A stretch of 64,000 nucleotides of DNA from Candidatus Sumerlaeaceae bacterium (GTDB lineage: Bacteria; Sumerlaeota; Sumerlaeia; Sumerlaeales; Sumerlaeaceae): NCBI GenBank assembly GCA_051003195.1, contig JBPCLP010000021.1, positions 160,001 through 224,000 on the forward strand, written 5' to 3'. Below the pieces are notes generated by a model. The model was not told the DNA's origin. It did no database searches and saw only the letters and a list, made by a program, of their open reading frames with translations. Made by a program: the position numbers and the translations under genes. Shown one piece after another: positions 27,281-39,500 of the stretch (position 1 is its first letter; each line of letters starts with the position of its first letter).

Positions 27281-27772
27281 GTGACAGCACCTCGTAAAGC
27301 GCAGCCCGGGCGAATGCGGAAGTCGGCGGCTTTTGCGTTTGCCGGCATCGCATTATGTGCTCTTGTTGTAAGCGCATACTACGGACGTCAGCGTTATCTA
27401 CGCGAGCACCCACCTCCCCTGCCGAACGTAATTGCCCCCATACCGCCCGACCAGCTGAAAGCAATTCGAGTAGGTTTTCCCATTTTTCGCAAAACGGTGC
27501 TGCTTACGTCCTCTGAGCAGGATCACAAACTGGACCAGCTCTGGAAAAATCCGCCCCGATCCCTTGCAGAGGTAATCGAGTACGAACAGCGGACCAATGA
27601 CATTCTCACGACGCAGCAGTTAACGCTTTACCGGCCGGTTCGCACTGCCTTTCAGAACCGGGTTATTGACCAGATGCTGGCCCCGGCGGGTCAGCGCCTG
27701 AGCAGCGGCGATTTCGACAAGCTAAAGAACGAAGTTAAAGACCGTGTGCAAAAGCGAATCGACGGAAACTAA
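27281..27772 (+). CDS. Hypothetical membrane-anchored protein
   Basis: N-terminal TM (AAFAFAGIALCALVVSAYY) then a helical soluble region. Confidence 0.6.
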   Translation: MTAPRKAQPGRMRKSAAFAFAGIALCALVVSAYYGRQRYLREHPPPLPNVIAPIPPDQLKAIRVGFPIFRKTVLLTSSEQDHKLDQLWKNPPRSLAEVIEYEQRTNDILTTQQLTLYRPVRTAFQNRVIDQMLAPAGQRLSSGDFDKLKNEVKDRVQKRIDGN

Positions 27773-27835
27773 CTTACACAGCAGCACCAACAATAAACCA
27801 AAGGTCCGGCCAATAAGCTCGGCCGGACCCGAGCT

Positions 27836-28300
27836 CTAGCGGTTGCCGCCTGTTGGACTTTGCGACGGGCTCATCTCAATCACCGGCTTGGTTGCATCTG
27901 CGGGAGGCTCAGGCCGGCTCGTGTTTGTTGCAGTGGCGCCAAGCGTCGCGTTTGCGGTCCCCTGCGTCGCTGGGGCGAGGTTAATTCCTTTGATCCCCGT
28001 AACCAGTTCGCGGATTGCCGCAGCGATGTCGCGGTTTGCCTCAGCAACATTATTGGTCGCGGCAGCGACGGCAGTGTCCTGCGTCTGCGCCACGTTGCTG
28101 ACGTCGACAGGTGCATTTCGGCCTGGGCGAGAAAAGCGTGCGCCCTGGCTGGCCTGGCTCGGGCTATCGCCCGTTGTCTGGGCTATTGCAGCGCTACTCA
28201 CCTGCACTCGATAGAAGTTTAATGTGATCAGCAACAGCAGCACAGCGATAGCTGTGAGAATGAAATTCGTATACATCCGTGTGTCGAGGCTCAGTTTCAA
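27836..28300 (-). CDS. Hypothetical membrane/exported protein
   Basis: DTRMYTNFILTAIAVLLLLI TM; AAGGAG RBS before TTG; downstream of rex. Confidence 0.65.
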   Translation of the reverse strand: MKLSLDTRMYTNFILTAIAVLLLLITLNFYRVQVSSAAIAQTTGDSPSQASQGARFSRPGRNAPVDVSNVAQTQDTAVAAATNNVAEANRDIAAAIRELVTGIKGINLAPATQGTANATLGATATNTSRPEPPADATKPVIEMSPSQSPTGGNR

Positions 28301-28336
28301 AAGCGTCTCCTTTTACTGCGTATTCGTTCCAGTTAA

Positions 28337-29041
28337 TTAGCGCAGGTAATAGGACAGGCTTTCCATTTCAATGGCTAAGTCGACATAATGTACTTTCACC
28401 TGCGGAGGCACATTGAGCCGCTTTGGAACGAAGTTCAGAATGCCGGTGACACCAGCCTCTACCAGCCGGTCAGCCATTGTCTGGCACGCCTCGGTGGGCA
28501 CTGCAAGCACCGCTATATCTATGGGTGTTTCGGCAAGGCGGCTTTCGAGGTCGTCGATGTGATGAAGTTCGATATTGCCGCGCATGCTGCCGACTTTTCG
28601 CCGATCCGCATCAAAAGCCATCAGGATTTTGAACCCCTGCCGCGAAAATCCTGCGTAGGACACCAGGGCTGTTCCGAGATTACCTACGCCAATCAGCGCT
28701 ACACGCACTTCGCGGTCCGTGCGAAGAATGCGTTTCAGATTAACGCGTAAATCGCTGACGTAATATCCAAAGCCGGGCACGCCGAACTGCCCAAAATATG
28801 CCAGATCCTTTCGAACCTGCGCACTGTTAAGCCCGAGGTATTCTGCCAATTCCTGGCTGGAAACCTTCTCGACGTTCCCCATTTCAAGATCGGTTAGCAC
28901 GCGTGAATACAGTGAGAGCCGCTTCACCACCGCGGGTGGTATCCGTGCCATCTGCTCGAGTTTATCCGGGCTGCGCAGCGGTTCATGCGGAACAGCCGGC
29001 CCACTCCCCCCGGTGGGCTTGGCATCGGACGTGCGGCTCAC
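28337..29041 (-). CDS. rex: Redox-sensing transcriptional repressor
   Basis: IPPAVVKRLSLYSRVL, SSQELA, QVRKDLAYFG, GVGNLG, ILNFVP; alternative start ATG 28951. Confidence 0.95.
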   Translation of the reverse strand: MSRTSDAKPTGGSGPAVPHEPLRSPDKLEQMARIPPAVVKRLSLYSRVLTDLEMGNVEKVSSQELAEYLGLNSAQVRKDLAYFGQFGVPGFGYYVSDLRVNLKRILRTDREVRVALIGVGNLGTALVSYAGFSRQGFKILMAFDADRRKVGSMRGNIELHHIDDLESRLAETPIDIAVLAVPTEACQTMADRLVEAGVTGILNFVPKRLNVPPQVKVHYVDLAIEMESLSYYLR

Positions 29042-29219
29042 TGGCCGATCCTGTCGATGCCTGAAACTGTTCGCCAGGGAAGTCCCATGGCAGTCCGCCG
29101 CTCGCCCAAGCTCACTTGTCCCTCATTCATTCGAGTAACGCCAGCACCGAGCTGATTCCAATCCAACTACGCTTTTGCATTGCCATTGATTCCAAAGTCG
29201 ACAGTTCACTTGCCCGGCA

Positions 29220-31643
29220 ATGGCAATCGAAGGTCTTGGCTTGGAATCGTACACCCAAACTCCGCCCGTGCAACAACCAAACGACATCCAGCCCGTTCCG
29301 GCGATGCCGGGCACCTGGAGTTTCAGGCGACTTATTCTTGATACACCTGTCGCGCTCCTGGTTGCGATCGTCGCCTACGTGGCGTGTACACGTGTAGTCG
29401 GTCTTTCGCACAAAGTGATGCACCACGACGAGAGCCTCTTTGCGTACTATGGCTATTGGCTGCACCAGGGAAATGGTTACGACTATCAGCCGATTCTACA
29501 CGGGCCTGTGCTGCAGTTCCTGAGCGCATTCTTTTTCCTGCTCTTCGGCGACGATCAGTTTACCATGCGGCTTCCGTGCCTGCTCGGAGGGCTGGCGATG
29601 TTTCCGGTCGTGTGGTACTGGAGGCGGTATCTTGGGCAGGCCGGCACTCTTGCAGCATTGGCGCTCCTGGCGCTCTCTCCGAGTATCACGTACTATACCC
29701 GATTCCTTCGCAATGATGTTCCCTATTTAACCATGTGCATCGGTTGCGCATTGTGCATTCTGCGAGCGCTGCAAACCGGGGCGCCACGCTACATCTGCGC
29801 GAGTATTGTAACGGCGACCACCGCTTTCTGCATGATGGAGAGCTCGATCTTTTTCTTCTCTGCGTGCATTGGATTCTTCGGCGTTATTGTCATCGCCGAC
29901 TGGCTTCGCGGAAAACCCAGGCAACCTGAGCCCGCTGCAACGGACCCCCGTATGGTTCGAAATCGAACCTCTGGTTGGGACCTGCTGGCGTGCTGTGCAG
30001 CCGGGCTGCTGATCACGCTCATCTGTGGCTGGCTCTTTCATCGGGTGCTATATTCATCCATCCACATCTACGAGCCGCTGGTTGCCATCGCCCGTAAAGC
30101 GCACCTGGGTTTATCGCCACGCCAGGCGAACGTCAGCATTGCAGGCCTATTCTTTATCGCCGCGACGGCCTTTAGCCTGGTTACACTGGTTAACTTTCGA
30201 GAGCCCCGCGGACGCCAGGGCATTTATCATGGCGTCCTGATGATTCTGTGGCAAAACCGCTGGACGGTTCTGGCCTCCTTTGCAATCGGCGTCGTCCTGT
30301 ACCAGGCGCTCTTCACGACGTTTTTTACGTTTACTGAAACGCGAAGCTTCGATCACTCCACGCGAGACTTCACAGGTCCTGTGCGCGCCCTCACGCCGGT
30401 TCAGATTTACCAGAACACCTGGGACTACTGGTGGGATCAACATAAGCTGCACCGCATCAAGGGGCCGTTTCATTACTACCTGCCGATCTTATTGATCTAT
30501 GAATTACCGATGCTGGCACTCGTGATGTGGGGCTGGTGGCGCGCGGTAATGTCGCGCCCGGAACGCTGGCTGCATGTTTATATTTTTGCCGCCATTCAAT
30601 TGGCTGCCACGTTCTGCTACCTGCTCTTTATGCGATGGATATCGGGAACCGATCCACAGCAGGCGAGTAAGGACTTCTGGAAGCAGATGGATGAGAAATT
30701 CCATCTGTCGCACGGGTTTCACCTGACACTCATTCTGCTCTACGTACAGATTTTACTTCACCTCGTGCCGCTGCTTTTCGCGATCGGCAGACGTGTGGAA
30801 GCCTTTTTAAGCTTTTGGATGATCACGAGTCTTTTTGCTTATTCGTATGCGGGCGAAAAGGTGCCATGGCTCACCGTGCACATTGCAGGACCCACGTGCC
30901 TGCTCGCGGGCATTCAGGTAGGCCGCATCTGGCACTCTCGGGTGCAAATGCGCAGTGCCAGGCGAAGTTTGCTCGCCGTTGCAGCATGTCTGGTTGTGCT
31001 TTACCAGGCGCGCACTCAGCACTACCTGAACTTTGTGCATCCGCACAGTCCGGCAGAGCGGCTGGTCTACAACCATACATCGCCGGATGTGCAGGAGGCG
31101 CTCGATGTGGTGGAGCGTATGGGACGCGAAACGCAATTTGGCAGGCAGCTGCCCATTTTCATGCAGGGAGAGATGGCCTGGCCGTTGCACTGGTACCTGC
31201 GAAACTACCCGAACATGATTGCCCCGGCCAGCGAATCGCTCGACACAACGACACGCCCGCTGGTCATGGTGGACTGGACAAACGCCAATAACGACAATCT
31301 CACCCAGAATTACTGGGTGCGACGGATGAAAGTTCGGGAGTGGTGGGAGCCTCCACTGCTGGAGGTCAGCGCGTTACTGGACATCTACCGGGTGTTTACG
31401 CCTCACGAGAGCCGCGAAGCGGGGCTGAACCTGATGCAGCACCAGCGTGCGCTGCTGGAATGGCGCAAGCTGTGGCACTATGTGGCCTACCGCGAAATAT
31501 GGATCGATCCGATGAATCCGGACTGGTCAAATGGCGCGAATGAATTTGCGATGGGTATACGCAAAGATCTCAACGAAACCTACCTGCACTACGACTGGCT
31601 TTCCTCGATACCGAAGCGCAGAGATATACCCATTTATCCCTGA
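29220..31643 (+). CDS. GT-C fold polytopic membrane protein (TIGR03663/Agl23-like)
   Basis: HHDESL, YDYQPILHGP, RFLRND, GPFHYYL, EKVPWL, LVYNHTS, WPLHWYLR; many TM segments. Confidence 0.8.
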   Translation: MAIEGLGLESYTQTPPVQQPNDIQPVPAMPGTWSFRRLILDTPVALLVAIVAYVACTRVVGLSHKVMHHDESLFAYYGYWLHQGNGYDYQPILHGPVLQFLSAFFFLLFGDDQFTMRLPCLLGGLAMFPVVWYWRRYLGQAGTLAALALLALSPSITYYTRFLRNDVPYLTMCIGCALCILRALQTGAPRYICASIVTATTAFCMMESSIFFFSACIGFFGVIVIADWLRGKPRQPEPAATDPRMVRNRTSGWDLLACCAAGLLITLICGWLFHRVLYSSIHIYEPLVAIARKAHLGLSPRQANVSIAGLFFIAATAFSLVTLVNFREPRGRQGIYHGVLMILWQNRWTVLASFAIGVVLYQALFTTFFTFTETRSFDHSTRDFTGPVRALTPVQIYQNTWDYWWDQHKLHRIKGPFHYYLPILLIYELPMLALVMWGWWRAVMSRPERWLHVYIFAAIQLAATFCYLLFMRWISGTDPQQASKDFWKQMDEKFHLSHGFHLTLILLYVQILLHLVPLLFAIGRRVEAFLSFWMITSLFAYSYAGEKVPWLTVHIAGPTCLLAGIQVGRIWHSRVQMRSARRSLLAVAACLVVLYQARTQHYLNFVHPHSPAERLVYNHTSPDVQEALDVVERMGRETQFGRQLPIFMQGEMAWPLHWYLRNYPNMIAPASESLDTTTRPLVMVDWTNANNDNLTQNYWVRRMKVREWWEPPLLEVSALLDIYRVFTPHESREAGLNLMQHQRALLEWRKLWHYVAYREIWIDPMNPDWSNGANEFAMGIRKDLNETYLHYDWLSSIPKRRDIPIYP

Positions 31644-31817
31644 CGGCGTACGACTCTGTGGCTCAGACGAATTGTCCCGCATCTTGCTCGTATATGTGGC
31701 CACGGGGGATTATGGATGGTTTTATTAGCCCGCCAAAGTTGTTTCCTTAAACCGCGCAGAACACTAGAACCGTTTAACTTGACCTCAAGTTTTTGCCGCA
31801 GAATCATCGTCGCGCCC

Positions 31818-32498
31818 ATGATCAAAAACCGTTCTGCGTTCACTCTGATCGAACTGCTGATCGTGGTCGCAATTATCGCAATTCTCGCGGCTATCGCGGT
31901 GCCGAACTTCCTGGAAGCCCAGGTTCGCGCCAAGGTAGCCCGCGTGAAGGCTGACATGCGCACAATTGCGACCGGTGTGGAGAGCTATTCTGTGGATTAC
32001 AACAAGCCGCCCGTGCGCCACGACAACTGGAACAGCGCAGCGCCACCGCTTTTTTATCCTGCCATCAACGACAAGATTTTCGACCCCGCAGTGCCGGCGG
32101 CATCCGTCGGCATGCACACAATTACCACGCCAATAGCCTATTTGACCAGTTTGCCTCCGGACATATTTAACCTGCCTGTAAAAGCGCTTATTGCCCCGGA
32201 AAATGGGATTTCCGACGCCCTTGACTACTGGGATCCGGTCCAGGCGGACGCTTTTGTAACCTTCTGCCGGAGCCCGGGCAGTGGGAAAAGGCAGGGCATA
32301 GCCAAAGGCTGGATGCTCGTCTCAGTCGGGCCGGACCAGTTTCTTGGCCTCCTTCCAGTGAACGGCTATCCATCCTCTATACCAACTTCAAACCAGTTTC
32401 GACTGCTGTATGACTCCACAAATGGCACGATTTCCGTCGGTAATATCGTGCGTAGTGCCGGCGATCTTTCGCAGGCGGAATTTTTCCTTGGTGGCTGA
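31818..32498 (+). CDS. Prepilin-type N-terminal cleavage/methylation protein
   Basis: MIKNRSA|FTLIELLIVVAIIAILAAIAVPNF; TTPIAY, SVGPD, YDSTNGTISVGNI. Confidence 0.92.
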   Translation: MIKNRSAFTLIELLIVVAIIAILAAIAVPNFLEAQVRAKVARVKADMRTIATGVESYSVDYNKPPVRHDNWNSAAPPLFYPAINDKIFDPAVPAASVGMHTITTPIAYLTSLPPDIFNLPVKALIAPENGISDALDYWDPVQADAFVTFCRSPGSGKRQGIAKGWMLVSVGPDQFLGLLPVNGYPSSIPTSNQFRLLYDSTNGTISVGNIVRSAGDLSQAEFFLGG

Positions 32499-32631
32499 CC
32501 GCATGACACTGTCAACTTCGGCACCTGCCCGTGCGTCTAATCTGCAGGGAGGCTTGAACATTTTGAACTTTGGAAGGATTCTTCTTAGCCTTTGTTATAT
32601 AAGGAAAGCGATTCTCAAACAGGTGATCCAG

Positions 32632-33447
32632 ATGAGTGTTTGTCTAAAATATTGTAAAATGGCCATTTACATGTTGTTTTGTATGGCTTTTACGGCTTCC
32701 GGGTTTGCCCTCACAAAAGTGGGTAAAACCGAACTGAGCCTTGAGGCCCTCACAAAGCAAAGCGACGAGATTGTAATTGGCAAGGTTAAGAGCAAATCCA
32801 CGCATGTGGTAGGCAGGCATATTGAGACCGACTACGAAGTGGATGTTGTTGAGTCGCTGAAGGGTACAAGTCGCGTCGGATCGCAGGTAGAAATGACGGT
32901 TATTGGCGGCGCATTGACCTCTCCACCGCTCACGCAATTCGTCGAAGCTCAGCCGCTAATGATAAGAGGCGAAGATGTTGCCCTGTTCCTGCGCACCAGC
33001 CCTCCGAAATTAACGAAACATCAGACAAGCAGGCTTAGCGAGGTGGATGCAAAATCGAAGCTACTCAGGACGCCGCGCGTTGTCGGCATGAACCAGGGTA
33101 AATTCTCAATCATTACCGACAAGCAAGGTCGGCGCAAAGTAACTAAGATCAACCTTGAGGAACGTGGCATCATGCCCGAAGACACCGTTCTCAGCAAAAC
33201 GCTCTCAGCAATTGGAAGTGGGCGGATCAGGACAACGGCGCGGCCAGTTGTTCCTGCCAGTGCTCCATCCACAAGCACGGACGATAAACGCGATCCGCTG
33301 GAACGCACCAACACCGACGCTAAGAAACTGAAGCGGGGACTCAATTCGGAGCAGACACTTCATAGCGTAGACAGCAGCGGGCCGATACCTGTGCAGGACT
33401 TTGACGAATTCCGGCAGCAGATCAAATCGTTTACGCAGCAGCCATGA
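32632..33447 (+). CDS. Exported protein resembling the N-terminal domain often attached to matrixin-type proteases
   Basis: Signal peptide; LSLEALTKQSDEIVIGKV, VDVVESLKG, GEDVALFL, VVGMNQGKFSI. Confidence 0.7.
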   Translation: MSVCLKYCKMAIYMLFCMAFTASGFALTKVGKTELSLEALTKQSDEIVIGKVKSKSTHVVGRHIETDYEVDVVESLKGTSRVGSQVEMTVIGGALTSPPLTQFVEAQPLMIRGEDVALFLRTSPPKLTKHQTSRLSEVDAKSKLLRTPRVVGMNQGKFSIITDKQGRRKVTKINLEERGIMPEDTVLSKTLSAIGSGRIRTTARPVVPASAPSTSTDDKRDPLERTNTDAKKLKRGLNSEQTLHSVDSSGPIPVQDFDEFRQQIKSFTQQP

Positions 33448-33521
33448 AGCAGAGTACACTTCCAGGCCCGGCACAACCGGGCGAACCCTCGTTACTAGGA
33501 AGCGAATTGGGAACCAGGCAT

Positions 33522-36500
33522 ATGATTTTATTTAGGAACTTATTGCTCGCTCTTGCAGCGTTGCTTTTTTCCGGAACGGCGTTTTCGGCGGGAAGCTTCC
33601 GTTATATGAAGCCGGACCCCGGCCCGCGCGGCGACACTTTTACCGACGATGAACTCATTGCTAAACGACTGCGCTGGCCTAGTGCCCAGTCGCCTATCTG
33701 GACCGTCTACAGGGATTATTCGCAGATTGATCCGTTAACCAACGAACGCGGAGTCATCGTGCCCGGTTTCAACCAGGATCCGTTCTTCCCTCCGTACACC
33801 CAGGGGCGCGTGATGGAGGTGATTAACAATTCCATTTCCGAGTGGAATGACGCAGGGTCTAATTTTAACTGGAGCAGCAGTGTTGTGCCCAGCGATTTCT
33901 GGTCCGGCTTTGAGCCAACCCTGCCTCGGGGTCCGGAATTGTGGGCCGATCTCGACGGATTTAACCTGATCACTTTTCAAGATCCGCTCACCGTCATTGA
34001 ACCACCCACCGAGGACGGCGCCATTCTTGGAATTAACAGCATCTTTTTCTTCAACCAGGATGTGGACCTCAGTGACATCAATAATCTGCCTGGCTTTGTG
34101 GCGAGCGTCTATTTTACGGAGTTTTTGTCAGCTTCGCTCGGTATCTTTATTACGCCCGAAGACATTATACGGCTCCGGCTGACTCAGCAGTTCTATTCCG
34201 CTGGCAGTATCATCGACAGCGACATCATTTTCAATCAAAACCTGTTTTACAGAATCGCTCCCGAAGATCCACCGGACGATCCGGCGGAACGTGAGCGGTG
34301 GAATGGCTTCAACGATTTCATTCCGTTTATTACGGATATCGAGGCCGTGTGTACGCATGAAATGGGGCATGCTGCCGGTCTCGCGCATAGCCAGCTCTCG
34401 ATGCCAACCATGGCGCCTTTCTACAATGAAGACATCTGGCACGGCCGAAACCTGGACTTTGATGACAAACTCTCCATCAAAATGGCTTATCAGCCACTGT
34501 TCAGCCGGCTCGGCAAGGGGGCGATCACAGGCCGGGTGCTGAACGGAGACGCCTTTGATGGCGTTATTGATGAGACATTCGATATCTTTGATTTTATAAC
34601 TGATATCGAAAACACTCCCGTTTTCATTGGCCGACCAACCGCAGACGAGTATTTCGGGTTTGATGATATTTCGGGCGTGGATGAAATCACCAGCCAGGTA
34701 AACAGGCTCCGGATGTTTGCAGTGGTGCATAACAGTCAAAAATTCCGGATTGGATTGGGCTTCAACGCTGTGTCCCAGCCTGACAGCCGATATTTCATAC
34801 CCGGTCTGCCCAGTTCCCTGGAAGAATTGAAGCGCGGGGACGGGGAATTTCTGCCGCCCAACGGGTATGCATTGTACGTCCAACCGGGGTTTGTAGTGGA
34901 TGAGGTCACTGCGTTTTTCTCACCTATTCCCGAGCTGATTCCGCCTGAATTTTATGGTGGAACATTTGCGACTAACAGCTATTTCCAGCCGGGTTTCGGC
35001 TCGGTCGACGATCCGAACACGCCGGGCGATCTCCAGGTGCAGGATAACTGGCTGCAATTTGCTTTCAACCAACTGGGTCAGTTCTCCCTGGCTCTTGCAC
35101 AGTCGACGTTTTCGCTGATTGACGATTTCCCCCAGTTTCCGACGCAGTCGTATCTGACTTACCGTATTATTAAAAACGGCGTGACGACAGACGTACCCAA
35201 TTTTCAGTCGAACAATATCGTCACGTCCGGCATGGTTGAAAATGACCTGGCAAATTCGGCTGAGGGTGTTTCCACTATAGCGGACTCAATTGTTTCGACT
35301 GAAACAATTGAGCTGGGCCGCTTCCGCGCCGACGGTCTCAGCACCAGTAGCGCGAGCGATATGCGCATCACGGTACGCATGCAGAACGTGACCTCCAGTA
35401 CGATCCAGGCGGGACTACGGTTCCTCATTCGTCCGGTCGTGCAAGGCCAGAACGTTCACTTCTTTATCAACGGACAGGAATACGACCGTGAGGCTGTACT
35501 TACAGGAGGGGCTATTCCCGCTAGCTTTCTATACGCACCGAACGAAAACTCCGAGCTTTCCGGTCTGGCTACGTTGTCAAACCCTGCCGGTTTCATCACG
35601 ACACCCGATAAGCTGATCTTCGCCGACTTTACACAGATCAGCGCTTTTAACCAGTCCAACGGGAACTTCTTCAACTACGTACCTGATAATCGTGAACTGA
35701 CCAATTCCGCGTATGCGGTAGTGTTTAACCCACGCACGCTGCTGCCGGGTGCGATCGTAACCTTCAGCACGGATGTCGGCTATGTGCGCTCCAATTCGTC
35801 GCCGGTGTTTGACGGGCCTATCGCAGGTCCGCTCGACGGTGTCCCCGGTGCAGATGATCCGTTCATCTACTACCCGGTTGATGTAACGACGAACTCAGTT
35901 ACGACAGGTATTGATATCCTGACGAATACCGGTACGCCGGGCGGGCTAAGCGCAGGACCTACCACTCCTGGTGGTGGCGGCGGCGGTACCAATCCTTTAG
36001 GTGATGCCGATAACGACAGCATCATCAACATCCTCGACAACTGCGTGTTTGTCCCGAATACCAATCAGTTGGATATCGACAACGACGCTGTTGGAGACGT
36101 GTGCGATCAGGATTTCGTAACCTTCACGGATATTTCGCCGATAGCGCCGGGTTCCGATCGCAAAGATGCCATTCCAAATCAGCCGCTCTACACACTGGGA
36201 GCAACATTCGGCGATCTGAATAACGATGGCTTCCCCGAGCTCGCGCTGGCGAACGGATTGCCCATTGTCCAGACGGGTGCGCCCGTCAATCGTCTGTACC
36301 TCAATATTGCCAGTCCTTCCGCAAATGAGCCCGGTGGACGGCGTTATGTCGATGTCACGTTTGGTGTCGACGGAATTGCGGACACGCTGGATGACCGCAT
36401 GCCATACCTGTCGGTATCGAGTAAAGACATCCGCCTTGCGGATTTCGATAATGACGGCGATCTGGATATGTTTATCTCGAATTTTGAGACAAACGAGAAT

Positions 36501-39500
36501 CCAACCATTGGCGCAGGTGCGCAGAATTTCTTCTTCGAGAACATCGACGTCGATGACTCAACACTGAACCCCAGCCCGGACGCGGATTCATTCGGTGACG
36601 CGTTCTTTGTGGATGCGACGAACCGCTGGGATCCGGGAATTCTCAACTTCGGCCCAAATGTACCGTATCCACATGTCTACCTGGTAGGGAATTATTTTGG
36701 ATCTGTAACGGGTTTCGACGTAAGCACTCATTCGGATGTCGGCGACATCGACTGTGACGGCGATATTGACGTGGTCGTCAGCAACGCGAACGCGTTCAAC
36801 GACATTATACCCTCAGCGGGCATAAACACGCAGGAGGGAACAGACCCTGGAACTCCGATATTCCTCGGCGGCCTGCGGTTCAGCGAGCGTGTTTTAATCA
36901 ACCATACGCGTGAACCCGCAAACCCGGATTTTGGGCCGGTACCCCCAGGCTTCCCTTACCGTTTCCGTGATGAAACGCTGGGTGAGGACCAGGTATTTGG
37001 AGAAGCACAGGACAGAATGCCGCCCCTCAAGCCGGAGTGGGCAACCGTCTCCGATACCAATGCTTTTGATGAGGTGGACTACAGCAATACGCAGCAAGTG
37101 AAGCTAAGTCACTTTTTTAACTCCAATGCGCTTTCCATAAACGTCTTCGATAAGCGCAATCCCAACATCGTATCCAACGGAGATGAGTTGCCGGCGGGTT
37201 TCCCTTCGCCCACAAACACCTGGGATGGGGATGACCTGTCGTACATAAACTTTGATAATAATGGCGACGGTGTGCCCGATGGAATTTTCGGGTGTTTTCA
37301 GTACGGTTTTGAGTCCTGGCTCGCTGCCGACGATGGAACAATTCTAAACATCGGAATTCCACAGGGACTGCCTGGTGATGCCCCCGGTGCAGAGACGGAC
37401 GAAAAGGCTGTAGAGAATGATTCAAGCATCAGCGGGCTCGTACTGGATGCGGATTATACAGGTTGGAACGAGATGGTTTCGTTTAACACGACGTCCAATG
37501 CGAATCACAATGTATTTACAAATCGCAACGGCTATTCTGAAGCGGATCGGGGACGGATCGGATCGCTCGCGGCCTTCGGTGGGGGCGCCCGGGCAGCCAT
37601 CGATTATTTCCTGTTTCCAGGTTCTGTCGATGTAACTCGACGCCGCGAACAGTACGCGCTTACTCATTTTGGTCGTCCAAGGGACGCTCTGACTGACGAT
37701 CTGAATTCGGACGGACTGCCGGATATTGGTGTCGCTAACGACAGTGTCACTACAGCAGACATAATCAATCTTGATGTGCCGCCCGGCAATAAGACCTTTT
37801 ACATCAACCAGGATTATCTTGCCCCCCAGGGGGGCCACACCGGCTGGCTCGAAGTAAATGGTAACGGTCCTGTGGGTCGGTCGCTCATAACCAATGAACT
37901 ACACACGTATGCACTTTCCTTCGCGGCCGCAGACTTCGACCTGGACGGCGACATCGATCTGTTTTCCGGCACAGCAGGCACTGTCGGAAATTTCTATCGG
38001 AATAACCAGCGGACTGCCGGTAGAGGTGTGACGCTGCCGTCGGTCGGTTCGACTGCCAGCGTCTATGATGCTCCGCTCTTTATCGACCAGTCGTATGAAC
38101 TGCTGCCACCCTATTTCGGGTTGGCCTTTGATCCAGTTACCGGATCACAGCCAATTGCGAACATGACGTTTGGTACCGCCTTGGGAGATATGGACCGCGA
38201 CGGAGACCTGGACCTTGTGTTCGCCAACGGCGGCATCTTCCATCCGGTTGGCGAATATCAGATGGTTTTTAAGAACAATAGTAAGCCGTTGAACCCAGGC
38301 GAGCACGTATTCACACCAGCTGGATCACCTTATACAGCACCCTATCTCCAGTCGAATCCTGGCAATGCACCGTGGTTGAACAATGTGGCATACCGGGCAT
38401 ATGATGTGAAGTTTACGGATTTGAATGACGATGGCAGCCCTGACATTTTCTTCTCTGTAAATGGTGCTTCATCCCGACTCTACATCAACGTAGATTCGGA
38501 CGATAACACCCGTAACTCTGCGGTTGACGCCGACAGCGTTCCAGATGGTCTTTTTGTAGAGCAGGATCGCCTGCCTGGTATCAGCGATCCGCGCAGGCTG
38601 AATGGCCGGCGTTCCGCCATCGGCGACATTAATGGTGATGGACACCCGGACATCGTCATAGCGAATGCAGATAATCGCGATGGCGCTCCAAACCTTGTTT
38701 TGATTAACAGAATTGGGGCCTTCGGCTGGGGCTACTTTAATTCGGAAGAGGATACCCGTATTCCCCAGGTGTCGTACTCACCTTCCGGCCAGGGACAGGT
38801 TCTGGACGATACTGTGGACGTGGCACTGGTGGACGTGGACAACGATGGAGATCTCGATATCATATTCGTGAATCGCGCCAGCTTGTCAGAAACCGTTTCG
38901 CCGAACTTTTACCCGTATTGTCGCCTCTTAATAAACAACGGTTCGGGGATCTTCTCAGAGGTTACTGACGCAGGTCACGCGGGCATGTTCGTGGATCCTT
39001 CCCGCAGAATTATTGCACCTGAGCGCTGGCCGATGATCACCCGTCCTGGCAAATGGGAAGGCATCGTGGTCGCTGACTTTGGAAACCGCGGTGAAGCAGG
39101 GGAGGATGTGAATGGCAACTCCGTGTTCCCATACAAAGTTATCGAAGAGACGGAAGATCGCAACCGGAATGGCTTTGTGGACTTCACAGATACTGGTTCC
39201 GCCGGCAGCGGCGGTGCGGGCTCTGAGAATGGACGTCGTGACGTAAGCTTCGACCTGTTCTTCTGCAATGGGGACAGTGCGTCCAGCAGCGTACTCCTGA
39301 TGAACGGCGGCGCTGCGGGTGCTTTTGGAAATGGTACGTTCACTGAGGAGACTGCATCTCGCTTTGCCGTCAACATTCCGTTCCCATGTTTCGGTGGCGA
39401 CGCAGGAGATGTGAATGCGGATGGCCTGCAGGATCTCGTGCTGGCACTGGACACATCGTCAAATGTGACGGGCGGTGGTAATCCTCCAGCAGCGAAAATC

